This document shows positions 1 through 10,634 of a stretch of 64,000 nt of DNA, piece by piece. Under the pieces are notes generated by a model. The model saw only the letters and a list, made by a program, of their open reading frames with translations. It ran no database searches and was not told the DNA's origin. The position numbers and the translations under genes were made by a program. Origin of the DNA: Naegleria gruberi. Taxonomy: Eukaryota. The stretch is taken from NCBI GenBank assembly GCA_000004985.1, contig GG738865.1. The stretch is one strand, 5' to 3'. The first letter of the stretch is position 1. Every line of letters begins with the position of its first letter.

Positions 1-649
1 AAGGTGAAACACTCAAAGATGGAAAACCCTGATTATTGGAGGAGGTAATAATTGAGGAAGGAGAGCAACTAGTCGATGGTGATGAATACACCGAAAAGGT
101 CATACTATTCACAGTAGGTGAAGAACTCAAACCAAAGGATTGTTGTGGTGAGGATGACAATGAACCAATTTGATTATTATTATTAGTACTTGGAATATCT
201 AGCAAGTTATTCCCATTAGTAGGCATCATGAGCATTTGATTTCCACTACTAAAACCTAATTCATTTGTATTAATTGTATTATTATTAATTGTATTAAAAG
301 ATGATGAAGGAAAAACAAGATTAGGCTTTGATAAACTTCTACTCGGACGATTCATCAAGAGACCAGGGGCAGAACTACAACTCGTCAATGATGATCCAAC
401 ATTGCTAATAGTATTAGTTGGTGATGGATTAACACTGGAGGAGGAAGGCTTTGATAATCTCAAGCCATTGTTGGATGATGGAAACGAGACGGAATTAGTG
501 GGGAGTGTGATGGTGGGAGTTCCTAGGCGTTGAAAGGAGGATGGTCTGATCAGTGATGCTGGAGGCGGTTTATTGTTTGATGAAGCTTGCTGTTGATTGA
601 TTGAAGAAGGGAGAGTAGGAGGGAATCGCAAGCGTTGACTTTCAAACAT
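1..649 (-). CDS. Partial gene (N-terminal part; continues past window start): Ser/Thr/Asn/Pro-rich low-complexity protein, function unknown
   Basis: ATG at 649-647 on minus strand. Manual translation (MFESQRLRFPPTLPSSINQQQ...) reaches position 1 without a stop. It is not in the ORF track because it runs off the edge. Confidence 0.35.
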   Translation of the reverse strand, partial: MFESQRLRFPPTLPSSINQQQASSNNKPPPASLIRPSSFQRLGTPTITLPTNSVSFPSSNNGLRLSKPSSSSVNPSPTNTISNVGSSLTSCSSAPGLLMNRPSRSLSKPNLVFPSSSFNTINNNTINTNELGFSSGNQMLMMPTNGNNLLDIPSTNNNNQIGSLSSSPQQSFGLSSSPTVNSMTFSVYSSPSTSCSPSSIITSSNNQGFPSLSVSP

Positions 650-767
650 TTTTTTCTGGTGTAACGGTAAAAAATTTAAAAATTGTGTAACGTTCTTGTG
701 AAAGCAAGATGTTGTCTCAAAAGGGCTATTATGAAATTTAATAAGAATTTTGTGAAATCAAACAACG

Positions 768-850
768 GCCCGCGTAGCAGAGTGGTCAAATGCGTAAGAC
801 TTAAGATCTTATCCCGAATGGGTTCGTGGGTTCGAACCCCACCGCTGGCA
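768..850 (+). tRNA. tRNA-Leu (anticodon TAA), type II with long variable arm
   Basis: Manual cloverleaf: acceptor GCCCGCG/CGCTGGC (one C-T mismatch at pair 4-69), D-loop GAGTGGTCAAA, anticodon stem TAAGA/TCTTA with loop CTTAAGA, variable arm TCCCGAATGGGTTC, T-arm GTGGG-TTCGAAC-CCCAC. Followed by a T7 run at 856-862. Confidence 0.7.
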
Positions 851-889
851 AATTAATTTTTTTCTGTTACCTAATTGACATAAGGATTT

Positions 890-1468
890 TTATTTCTTTT
901 CAATTAATCTAGTAAACAAGTCACTAATCAATTCTTCATCCTTAGGTACCTCTTTCATTAAAATTTCATGATTTGGATGTTCTTCCCAACTTGGATATGG
1001 AGCTTCTTCATAAATTTCACCAAACTTTTCACTCAACTCAGTCTTCAACTCTTCCCAAACTCTTCCTAAATGCATATAAGGTCCAACATAGTGTTTCTTC
1101 AAATAAACTCCTTTTGGAATGGTTTTAAGTTGAATAGGAAGAGAATACGAACAAGTTTCGTTCACTTTCTTTATACTTTCTTCAAATTCTTCTCTCTTTG
1201 AAGGAAGATTGAATTTTTCAACAGTTTCTGCTGTGAGAAAAACAGCATTCTCCAAATCTACATCTTCCACAGAATCGAAACGATTGTAAAACGTAGCTGG
1301 ATACATTCTTGATTGTTCACCAACTAATTTCAATGCCATTTCATGAGTTTGTTTAATCCAATTGGTAAATTCAGGAGTAATGACACTAACTGATTGTCTG
1401 GAGACACTCAGATAGAATTGATCCTCACGGAAGGTAATAAGCTCTGCTGGTTGTGCGAGTTGAGACAT
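890..1468 (-). CDS. GyrI-like / AraC-effector-binding-domain family small-molecule-binding protein (bacterial-type fold), 192 aa
   Basis: Intact ORF. Two-half architecture with second-half motif GVYLKKHYVGPYMHLGRVWEELKTEL...EIYEEAPYPSWEEHPNHEILMKEVP, matching the GyrI/SbmC pattern G-Y-A-V..G-Y..L..Y..L..W and FE-Y. Confidence 0.6.
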   Translation of the reverse strand: MSQLAQPAELITFREDQFYLSVSRQSVSVITPEFTNWIKQTHEMALKLVGEQSRMYPATFYNRFDSVEDVDLENAVFLTAETVEKFNLPSKREEFEESIKKVNETCSYSLPIQLKTIPKGVYLKKHYVGPYMHLGRVWEELKTELSEKFGEIYEEAPYPSWEEHPNHEILMKEVPKDEELISDLFTRLIEKK

Positions 1469-1935
1469 TTTTTTAATTTGAAAAAAGATATTTTGATGGA
1501 AATGGATTGATTGTGGATTTACTAATTTGACACTTCTTATTGGTAGTGGAAGCTCATCTACTTCGAATATCTACTGGAAGTGGGTTCCAATCAATTTGAC
1601 CACTTTGAAAATCTATCAAATAACTTATTATTTGACCTTGGTTGATGGCAATAAGTGGATTATTATTTTCGCAGTAAATAAACTTATTGAAGCTCACCAA
1701 AAATCCTTGTGCAGATATCACTGTTGTGAAATGTTTCAAATTACAGGATGTTTTGCAAAGAAAACCTAATCGAGCATTAATTTTTTACATTCCCCTCATC
1801 ATTGTTGATTTTCTTTATGTAATAAATAAAATCATTGGACAATCTTTTCAGAGCAGATACTAGACATGATATTAAAGGTATTGATATCTCGAGAGTGGCA
1901 AAAGAAAAATAGATGAAGGAAAATGAATCAAAAGC

Positions 1936-2016
1936 TGCAGAAGGTGGGATTTGAACCCACGAAGCTTGCGCAGTAGAACTTGAGTCTACCCCCTTTGACC
2001 ACTCGGGAACCCCTGC
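1936..2016 (-). tRNA. tRNA-Leu (anticodon CAA), type II
   Basis: Minus-strand read: acceptor GCAGGGG/CTTCTGC (two G-U pairs), D-arm CCC-GAGTGGTCAAA-GGG, anticodon stem GTAGA/TCTAC with loop CTCAAGT, variable arm TGCGCAAGCTTC, T-arm GTGGG-TTCAAAT-CCCAC. Overlapping ORF 1777..2034 is spurious. Confidence 0.8.
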
Positions 2017-2155
2017 TTCACATCGTCTCAACAAAGTTGTTTTTCACATTGAAATAGTCCAATAAAAATGGCACGTGCCTTTTTTGTTGGGAATGAATAA
2101 TTGAACTCTAACAATCTAAAATACTACCAACACAGTTCAGTAATATTGTTTAATA

Positions 2156-2833
2156 TTAGAAATGGACGACAGAGTCCATAGTTTTGTCATGTTTCTCAGT
2201 TGGAATGACAAATTGAGTCTCTTCACTTTCAATTAATTGTTTCTCAATTAATTGTTGTTTGTACTCATCGGGAAGTTTGAAATTTTCATCAATAAATTGA
2301 CATGAAAAACAAACTCCAACATGATTTGTCTCAAACTGAATCCTACCTTGCAAATCATCCAATTTTTCAAAGAAAGTATCATAATGACCCTTTCCTCTTC
2401 CCAATCTCCTATTTGAATAATCAAAGGCCAATCCAGGAACTATCACTAATAATTTACTATCCCCATTTAAAGAATCTAGTAAATTTTCTCTATTAGGTAA
2501 GCTTTCAATTGGAGGTTCCAATAACTTATATTTGGTATGAATTTTAAATGTTGAAAAATCCAATTCATCCTTCAGCGAAACCATTGTCATTATATCATTA
2601 ATTACAATGGGAATGAATAGCTGTTTTCCTCTTTTGAGAGCATTGTGAATAATATCCATGGTATCAACTTCATTGCGACCTTGCATTGGAATATAACAAC
2701 AGACATGAGTGCATTTAGTATAAAATTCACTATTTAATATTTGCTGTGCAATACTGTTGGATGATGATTGCTCTTGTTCACTTGTTGAAAGTGAAAGTTG
2801 GTGTTTAAAGTATCTTCTAAAGGTGTTTTTCAT
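2156..2833 (-). CDS. MTHFS: 5-formyltetrahydrofolate cyclo-ligase (MTHFS family)
   Basis: Signature LLVIVPGLAFDYSNRRLGRGKGHYDTFF matches MTHFS LLVPGLGFD..GNRLGRGKGYYD. First real ATG is at 2833 (MKNTF...); the track start at 2854 is a TTG. Confidence 0.75.
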   Translation of the reverse strand: MKNTFRRYFKHQLSLSTSEQEQSSSNSIAQQILNSEFYTKCTHVCCYIPMQGRNEVDTMDIIHNALKRGKQLFIPIVINDIMTMVSLKDELDFSTFKIHTKYKLLEPPIESLPNRENLLDSLNGDSKLLVIVPGLAFDYSNRRLGRGKGHYDTFFEKLDDLQGRIQFETNHVGVCFSCQFIDENFKLPDEYKQQLIEKQLIESEETQFVIPTEKHDKTMDSVVHF

Positions 2834-3430
2834 TTTTTTTTGATCAAAAACCAATTGACTAAACTTTTACAAGATCTTTTCTCTAGGCCTAATGTCATAG
2901 ACCCGACTTTTTTGTAAAGAATATTTAACTATTACAAATAAACTTTTAACGGTGCAAATTCCTCATCTCCTTCCTCATCATCTCCTCATGAAAATCAATC
3001 CCATCATCTCCTCTCCATAATTATCACAAAAATTCGCCTGCATCATGCTGATTCGTTCACTCACAAATTTTAATAATAAAAAAATATTAAAAAAAATTTG
3101 CACAACAGTTGTTGCTGCTTTTTCATTTTGAATTTTTTGTATATTTTGTGTGTGATTAAGTGTCATATATAGCGCGTGGAGAGTTTATTGAATACATATA
3201 ATAATATACTAGTATTGAGTGTGTTGCTCTCACGTTCGTCTTCGGATCATCATTAGCGCTAGTATCTTCCCCGAGACAAAATTTTCTTCCATCACCATCA
3301 TCATTATTTATTTTCTAAATATTATATAATTCATATATATTGCATATAATATATTTATTTAATATTCACTTTTAAAATTGTAACGTATAGAGTAAAATAG
3401 CAACCAACATAACAAGTTTTTGAATACACA

Positions 3431-4774
3431 ATGGGAAATAATCCTTCTAATGATGCTCATATAGGAACCCTTCCAAAGGCTAATCGTTCTTCTTCTTCTT
3501 CTTCTTCACATAGAAAATCATCCTCTACCATATCAAATAATAACAATGCCAATCAACCTTCTGCATTACATTTAAATTTAGTAATGAATGGTAATGTTGT
3601 TGGCGCTACCTATCCACCTCCAAATAATAGTATGAATAATAGTATTAACAGTTCACCTGTTGGTGCTTCTGTGTATCAACCTAACAAGACAGATAAAGAA
3701 GCATTAATAGATGAATCACTCGAGAGTCAAACAGAAGTTCCTAATGAAATAACAGTCATGAATTTTAGTATTAGACGAGATTCTGTATTTGATGGAATGG
3801 ATCAGTGGAGAAATAGAAAAGATGCTGTTGCAAATATCATATTAGAAAGTAATGCTGATATTATTTGTATTCAAGATGCACTTCAACATCAAATACTCGA
3901 TTTATTTACCATGTTAAATGAAAAACAAGAACGTTCTCAATATTTATGGTTTGGTCTAGGACAAAGTTTTAATCAAAATACAAACGAATACAGTGGAGAA
4001 TATGTAACAATATTTTACAATACGGATAAAATTGAACTATTGGATCAAGGATGTTTCTGGTACAGCTACACTCCTTCAACGAAAGGAAGTAGAGGTTGGG
4101 ATTCTGTAGCTCCAAGACTATGTACGTGGTGTAAATTTAGAAATGTTAAAGTCAAGAAGGGCAATAGTTTTCACGTTTTCAATACACATTGGGATATTGG
4201 TGTTGAAGCAAGAAGAAATAGTGCCTATTTAATTAGAGAATATATTGAAAATTTATGTTGTCAGAGAGAAGAGGATAATACCATTCATACAAGACCATGT
4301 ATTGTTATGGGTAACTTGAATGCATTACCAGATTCTAATGCTATACATTTATTAGAAACTGGAATTGATTTGGGCGCCAAATCTATGGAAGAATCAGGAT
4401 CTGATGAAGATACTGCGAGTGATGCTTCCAATTATGAATCAGATGAAGAGGATTTATTTACACTTGTTAATTCTGATCCAACACATCATCCAACATTTGT
4501 TGGTTTGGATGGAAATGGTCCTCCATCATCATCCTCCTCATCACCTCAATCCAAATCTCCATCTAAGAAGGAATCTGTTGTGGGTGACAGTGTTACAATT
4601 GAAATTGAGGCAGGTGTATTCCCAAAGAAAGTCCAAGGAAAGTGTACTGACTACATATTCGTCTCTCCCAATGTAAAAGTATTAGATTTCAAAGTTATCA
4701 CTGATATTAAATGTCAGACAACACAAAGAAATGCCTCAGATCACCTTCCAATAATGGCTGCCTTATTAGTGTAA
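3431..4774 (+). CDS. Endonuclease/exonuclease/phosphatase (EEP) superfamily protein with N-terminal MGxxxS N-myristoylation consensus and a Ser/acidic insert
   Basis: EEP motifs: VMNFSIR..DQW..R...IA.II.ES.ADIICIQDA; VFNTHWD; IVMGNLNALPDSN; C-terminal SDHLPIMAAL (SDHxPV-type). N-terminus MGNNPSND. Confidence 0.7.
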   Translation: MGNNPSNDAHIGTLPKANRSSSSSSSHRKSSSTISNNNNANQPSALHLNLVMNGNVVGATYPPPNNSMNNSINSSPVGASVYQPNKTDKEALIDESLESQTEVPNEITVMNFSIRRDSVFDGMDQWRNRKDAVANIILESNADIICIQDALQHQILDLFTMLNEKQERSQYLWFGLGQSFNQNTNEYSGEYVTIFYNTDKIELLDQGCFWYSYTPSTKGSRGWDSVAPRLCTWCKFRNVKVKKGNSFHVFNTHWDIGVEARRNSAYLIREYIENLCCQREEDNTIHTRPCIVMGNLNALPDSNAIHLLETGIDLGAKSMEESGSDEDTASDASNYESDEEDLFTLVNSDPTHHPTFVGLDGNGPPSSSSSSPQSKSPSKKESVVGDSVTIEIEAGVFPKKVQGKCTDYIFVSPNVKVLDFKVITDIKCQTTQRNASDHLPIMAALLV

Positions 4775-4917
4775 ATATTTTTACTATCGTATAATATAAT
4801 TAAGAGGTTTCGAATAGAGTCCCCAATTTTTGATATTCAGAAAGTTCTGAAATAAATTTTCCTTTTTACAATATGGCTTGACGTTTGACAACACTGATGA
4901 AATAATTAATTAAAAAA

Positions 4918-5658
4918 ATGTTAGGAGGCATGAGTGACGCTCTCGTTGAAAAGGTGGCTGATAGAGCCATTGGATTGATGTGGAAGAGAGCAAGAAATAG
5001 AGTTGGAGAATGGACTAAATTTATTCCAAATGTTGAACCATATATGAGATTTATTTCTCTTGGAGTTAGTGTTTGTATGTTTCTAATACAAATTAAATTA
5101 TCAACAAAGGATTGAAATTGTGATATTTGATGTTCATTGATAATTGTTATTATTTGGAAATTGGATTGAAAATTATTATACAATAATTACATTCGAATAA
5201 TTTGAAATAGTGGCACTGATGGCTTCTGTCGGATTGTTTTTGATTTACTTTTTAAAATCTGGAGCTGATTTTTTGGATAACAATATTTTCAATTTATATG
5301 TTGGTAGGTTTTTGAATCAAAATTTAATGATCAAATTTGGAAAGCAATTTATTGTGCACTCTATGCATTCGTTCTACCAATATTGGAAGTTCCAATCCCA
5401 TATTTTCAAAGGAAGGTTCCAATTCTCAATATTTATCACAAGAATTTTCTTGTTAGGGGAATTGTCGTTATTGTAATGAGTATTTTTGTGTGCTTTACTG
5501 TAATTTCAGCACTGCCTGGATTGGGAGGGTTATTAGTTGGTCTTGCTTATATTTGCTTATTATATCTAAGAGGAATAGAACCTGCTTGGTTGTCTGAAAA
5601 GGAAGACGAATCAGCTCAATATTCTCAAATTAATCAAGACGATGACGATGATTTTTAA
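4918..5658 (+). CDS. Hypothetical small membrane protein, tentative 2-exon model (exon1 4918..5064, intron GTTAGT...TAG 5065..5307, exon2 5308..5658)
   Basis: Exon 1 (MLGGMSDALVEKVADRAIGLMWKRARNRVGEWTKFIPNVEPYMRFISLG) ends in phase 0 at a GTTAGT donor. Downstream frame has hydrophobic TM-like text (...AIYCALYAFVLPILEVP...VIVMSIFVCFTVISALPGLGGLLVGLAYICLLYL) and an acidic tail. Join is inferred only. Confidence 0.3.
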
Positions 5659-5833
5659 TAAATATTAAAGTGTATATTATCTATATTATGATATTTTGAA
5701 TGATTCAAATTCAATTACAATAAAGGAATAATTAAAATCTTGACAATGACTTTATAAACTACTATACAACCTAGTGTCCTTAGATGAAAAATAAATATCA
5801 AAATTGAACTCTTTGTAATTTAGGGATATCGCT

Positions 5834-7557
5834 CTACAGAATCAATTCGTGTTGCTGTGGTTGGGATGAGAGAATTTTAAATCTATCACGTTCTCTTTCC
5901 AATTCGAAAATTCTTCGTTGTAATTGTTGCTTCTCAGTTATGGAAGCTTGTTGGATGGAAGACATGCCTGTCTCTGCTTGTAGCAATTGTTCATTCAAAT
6001 CTTCAACTTGTCTCTGGACAGAATAAACCTTTGATCGATAGGCTTCCTTAATTTTCTTTGCTTTGGCAGCATACCTTTTAGCAATCTCTTTAGCAGCCAG
6101 CAGATCTTTCAATAATTTTTCCACCCTAACATTAGAATCTGTGTGTTTGTGTTTCAGCGTATCCATATCTAGTTTAATATCGGCAATGACCTTTAACAAG
6201 TGATTATTCTTATCGAGTTGATAGTCTCGTTCTTCTCTAAATGCCTGTGCTTCAGCTCTTACGCTTTCAGATTCTTTCCTCAGTCTGGCAATTTCATTAG
6301 TGAGTTCTTGAACATCGTGTTGACTTCTCTTTTCCTTTGAGAGTAAATCTTGTTTTAACTCATTCTTTTCAACTTCAAGTTGTAAATACTTTTCAGTTTC
6401 CTTTCTAAGTGCTTCATGAAGTCTCTCGTTTTCCTTAATGTGAATCTCGTAGGATTGTGTTACCAATTCTTGCTTGGCTTGTTGGAGATCTTCCACCCTC
6501 TTGTTCAATTCAGAAACCTTATTTGCCCAAATGTTTCTATCTCTCTCGTATTCTCTTTCTCTTTGAAGTTGATTGGCCTTGTAGGATGTTCGTTCTGAGG
6601 CAAACTGTTTTTCTGTTTCATCCAATTTGCTCTTTGTTGTGGTTAATTCCTTTTCGAGTTTTAAAATTTGATCGTGCATCTTGTCATTACTTCTGGTAAT
6701 TTCTTCAAGTTCTGCTTGAAGTCTTTCACATTTCTTTTGGAGTCTTTCGTGCTGTGTCTCTGCTGTTCTAACTTTGGAGACCAACTCGGCATGTTTCTGA
6801 TTATTCATGAGGTTGGATTGTTCTCTGGATGAAACAGCTTGCGCTTTTTCTTCTCTTACTTCATGTAGTTCGGAAAGTAGTTTTTTGATGCTTATTGACA
6901 TTTCTTCCTTTTCTTCTTCAAGGCGTTTTACTTGGAGAATCTCCTTAGATGTTTTCATCTGAATGTTCTGATCGTTTAATTGCATGATGAGCTCTTGAAC
7001 ACGATCTTCATAGTCACCCTTCATTTCATCAAATCTCTTCTCTGCCATTTTGAGTTTTTGTGTTAATTCATTCTTGGTTAGTTCGTATTCTCTTCTCAGA
7101 TCCGAATACATTTCACGAAATTTATCATTCTCATCGATTTCCCTCTCCAGACGATGTCTCAACTCCAATTCTTCCATTAATTTCATTTTCATTTGTTGAA
7201 GCTCTTGAGTATCCCGATCAAATTGATTTCGTAAGGACTCGAATTCCTTAGTTTTCTTTTCCAATTGATTTTTCCATCTCAAGTGTTGTTCATTGTTTTG
7301 ATTGTACAAATCCAGATATTCTCTTTTTAACTATTATTATTGTTGTGATGATGATAATTTTAATAATTATAATAATAATAAATTAATAATTTGCCAAAGT
7401 CATGATGATGTAAACAACTTCCGTGATGCTGCCTAATACAACTTACATTATCAAAATTTCTTTGGTAGGTATCATTCTCTGTTCTTAATCGCTGAAGTGA
7501 GAGTTGAACATTCCTATCGTCGCCCTCACGTACCGACGTTGAGGTTGTAGAGTGCAT
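5834..7557 (-). CDS. Coiled-coil protein, 2 exons (7557..7447 and 7330..5834; intron 7446..7331, GTAAGT...AATAATAG), about 536 aa, function unknown
   Basis: Long heptad-rich ORF (ELELRHRLEREIDENDKF..., many E/K/L/Q). Upstream ORF MHSTTSTSVREGDDRNVQLSLQRLRTENDTYQRNFDN ends in phase 0 at GTAAGT. An in-frame TAG sits immediately before exon 2, as expected for an acceptor. Confidence 0.65.
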
Positions 7558-7603
7558 TTTTTTAAACTTAACGGCTTAATATTTTTTAATGGGTTACAAT
7601 TTC

Positions 7604-7612
7604 GGCGGGAAG
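7604..7612. promoter_or_regulatory. E2F-like GC element GGCGGGAAG (TTTCGGCGGGAAG), about 50 bp upstream of coiled-coil gene ATG (7557, minus)
   Basis: GC-rich motif in AT-rich spacer. Matches E2F half-site GCGGGAA. Same motif family as at 39657 and 53812. Confidence 0.3.
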
Positions 7613-8078
7613 TTTTTTAAAATTCAAAGAAAGAGAGATTTTAATGTGAATCGTAAATCAAAATGTTTAATAATGTACTGGATATTCTATTCGTTAATTA
7701 TCATTGCACCTCAATAGCATGATTCTTAGTTTTGAGATAGTATCCAACACCCAATTCATTCTTCACCTTTTTAAGAAGCTCAAAACTTGATAAGCAGCAT
7801 AACATCTTAACAATTCATTTGATTAGAACATCTCAGCAAGAAAGTTTGCGGAAAATGGCAACTCTGAAGTTTATCCTGAACCAAGGAGATACAAAATGTC
7901 AAACACATTCATGAAAGATGCTTGACTTCAAGCTTAATGAAACCAATCAAATCTGCACTAATATTTAATATTTTGCACTCAATAAAACGTTGTTTAATTC
8001 TGTGGTTTTACTTTGCAAAATAATCTCATCACAAAATGAAAAAAAAATAATTAAAATTTATTTTTAATGCAATAAAAA

Positions 8079-8594
8079 ATGCTGAAATCATCAACCTTCC
8101 TCAGACCAATCGGTCTCGTTCACAGCCACTTTGTAGCCAAAAACATGGTGGTCAAGACTGAAAGAATGTCTCTCAGTTCTGTCATTCAACAAATGAATCA
8201 AAGACGTAATTTCTCACAAAATAACACCAACAGAGGATCATCCGGTCATCACGAACAAGAACATAAACAACACACTAAAAAAACCGAATTTGAAGAATTA
8301 GATGATGTGTTACCAGAACCACCAAAGAGAGAAGTCCTCTTGGCAAAGATTGCCGGTGCATCAGCAATGTTCTGGATTTTGTACAAAATGAGACAAGATG
8401 GTTTGATCGTATTTGGTTTGGAAAAGCCGCACTGGGAACATGCTATGGAAGATGATGAATCTGACAGAGATGATGAATACTTTGAAAATGCTCTTCAAGA
8501 AGATGAAGAATCTCTCGACCTCAAGATTGAATATCACTTGAGCAAGCCAGAATCCAACTTTGATAAGAAATTCGACATTTTAAAGTTGAAGTAA
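8079..8594 (+). CDS. Mitochondrial complex I accessory subunit NDUFB2 (AGGG)-like protein with presequence-like N-terminus
   Basis: AGASAMFWILYKMRQDGLIVFGLEKPHWEH resembles NDUFB2 [24 protein letters not shown]. Basic amphipathic N-terminus MLKSSTFLRPIGLVHSHFVAK. Acidic C-terminus. Confidence 0.45.
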   Translation: MLKSSTFLRPIGLVHSHFVAKNMVVKTERMSLSSVIQQMNQRRNFSQNNTNRGSSGHHEQEHKQHTKKTEFEELDDVLPEPPKREVLLAKIAGASAMFWILYKMRQDGLIVFGLEKPHWEHAMEDDESDRDDEYFENALQEDEESLDLKIEYHLSKPESNFDKKFDILKLK

Positions 8595-8955
8595 ATCAAT
8601 TTATTGGAACATTATCACTACATCATCATTTCCCGAGTTTAATAATTATTTAATAGGTCTCTCCTCTCACAAACAATTGCTATTTGTATTTAAAAGGGAT
8701 TTTTATCCATAGCACTCACATAAAACAAAATTCTTAATGTTAGCTTTTTAAAATTAGAACAACCATGATTAATTACATATATTAATTATATTATTATTGG
8801 TAAAACATTGATGAATATTGTATTCAATATTATATTAATAATTGAGAAGAAGGAGATGCAAGAACAATAATGCGTCCGTTCTTTTATCGAATCAAGATAA
8901 AGTGCTGCTGTCATCTTCAGTCTCTCATATCAAAAAATTAGAACAACATAACAAC

Positions 8956-10416
8956 ATGATGATGAAAAACAAAGCAGCCCTGATAGAACTTGCACAAAGT
9001 TGGGCCATCTGCAATGGATTTATCTTGAAGAGCCAACGTGGACAATCCTTCCAATCCGATCCAATACCATTCACTCTCACTCCAACAGGAATCAATAGAA
9101 AAGCCTACGAAAAGGTTGTTTCCATTGCTCCATTGTTGAATACACTCGTTGATCGTATGAGTAGAGATTCTACCTTTATCAATCAATCCCTGGAAAGTGT
9201 TGCCAAGTATGATGATTTTGTGAAACGTTTATTGGACATTTATAATGAAACCTACGAGAGGAATAAGAATGACTATCAATTAGCTGTTCATCGTTCCGAT
9301 TATATGATCCATGTGGATGGAAAGAGTGGACAGGAAATTCCTCAACAAGTTGAATTGAATACAGTTTCATCTGCTTTTGGTGCTTTGGGAGCAACAACAC
9401 ACAAATTGCACTCCTATTTGCAACAATATAGATCATGGCTTGTTCCCGAATATCCAGAACAAGAATTGGAACCAAATAATTCATTGGAAAACATTGTCAA
9501 TGTGATGAGACAGAGTCATGAAACTTTTGTTCAGGAAAATCCAAGCAATTTTGGTAGCATGCCTTACTTTATGCTTTTTGTTGTTCAGGATGGAGAACGT
9601 AATGTCGGTGATCAAAAACCATATGAGCATTTACTCTTACAAAAGTATGGAATTTTCGTTTTGAGAAGAAGTATGAAGGAATTGATTGGAAATGTTGAAC
9701 TTGTAAAGGATGAAAAGTCAAATAGACAACACTTGGTGATTGAAAAGCAATATCCTGTCAGTGTTGTTTACTTTAGATCAGGTTACACACCAGATGATTT
9801 CCCTACTGAAAATGAATGGGAAGTAAGAAGTGTTTTGGAGACTTGTACGGCAATTAAATGTCCAACTATTGGTGTTCAATTGGTTGGTACAAAGAAGATT
9901 CAACAAATCATGTTTGAAGATGCTGTTTTACAAAAGTATTTGACCAAGGAAGAGGCTCAATCAGTTAAGGAAGCATTCACTGGAATTTATTCATTGGAAG
10001 AATCAGAATCCTTGCAATACATGAGGGAAGCTTTTGAAAATCCAGACGATTATGTTTTAAAACCTCAAAGAGAAGGAGGAGGCAATTTGGTTTATGGAGA
10101 AAAATTAAAGGAATATTTGGACATTATTTTACACGACAAGTCACACACTGAATATGCCTCAATCAAGTATACTTACATTTTAATGAAAAAGATCAAACCA
10201 CAATTACACAATAAGGACATTATTAGACAAGGACAAGTTGCAGGTGGTGAATGTATTAGTGAGCTTGGTATTTATGGTATCTATCTTGGAAATGGTTCAC
10301 AAGAATTGACTAATGGAAGTGCTGGATATTTATTGAGAACCAAGTTGGCTAAATTCCAAGATGGAGGTGTTGCAAGTGGTGTTGCTTCTATGGATTCTAT
10401 TTATCTTCGTGATTAA
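8956..10416 (+). CDS. GSS: Glutathione synthetase (eukaryotic GSH synthetase family)
   Basis: Strong family motifs: RSDYMIH, ELNTVSSAFGALG, KPQREGGGNLVYGEKL, ISELGIYGIYLG, GYLLRTKLAKFQDGGVASGVASMDSIYL. First ATG in frame is at 8956 (MMMKNKAAL). Confidence 0.88.
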   Translation: MMMKNKAALIELAQSWAICNGFILKSQRGQSFQSDPIPFTLTPTGINRKAYEKVVSIAPLLNTLVDRMSRDSTFINQSLESVAKYDDFVKRLLDIYNETYERNKNDYQLAVHRSDYMIHVDGKSGQEIPQQVELNTVSSAFGALGATTHKLHSYLQQYRSWLVPEYPEQELEPNNSLENIVNVMRQSHETFVQENPSNFGSMPYFMLFVVQDGERNVGDQKPYEHLLLQKYGIFVLRRSMKELIGNVELVKDEKSNRQHLVIEKQYPVSVVYFRSGYTPDDFPTENEWEVRSVLETCTAIKCPTIGVQLVGTKKIQQIMFEDAVLQKYLTKEEAQSVKEAFTGIYSLEESESLQYMREAFENPDDYVLKPQREGGGNLVYGEKLKEYLDIILHDKSHTEYASIKYTYILMKKIKPQLHNKDIIRQGQVAGGECISELGIYGIYLGNGSQELTNGSAGYLLRTKLAKFQDGGVASGVASMDSIYLRD

Positions 10417-10488
10417 AATAAATAATTTTTTGTTAGATGAAGTGGTATAGACATTTCAAGTTAGGGTTATTTTCATTATGAATGTGAA

Positions 10489-10559
10489 GCGTCGATGGTT
10501 TAGTGGTAGAATACGGCGTTGCCATCGCCGTGACCCGGGTTCAATTCCCGGTCGACGCA
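10489..10559 (+). tRNA. tRNA-Gly (anticodon GCC)
   Basis: Acceptor GCGTCGA/TCGACGC, D-loop TAGTGGTAG, anticodon stem CGGCG/CGCCG with loop TTGCCAT, T-arm CCGGG-TTCAATT-CCCGG. T-run follows at about 10568. Confidence 0.85.
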
Positions 10560-10634
10560 GACATTTCTTTTTCTCTCAACCATTTTAGTTCCATTGTTTT
10601 TCAACTTTTTATCGCTTAAACAAGACATTAATTA

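Noticed and set aside
1777-2034. 85-aa ORF on minus strand
   Set aside because: It is completely overlapped by tRNA-Leu(CAA). The translation is the tRNA sequence read as protein. Spurious.
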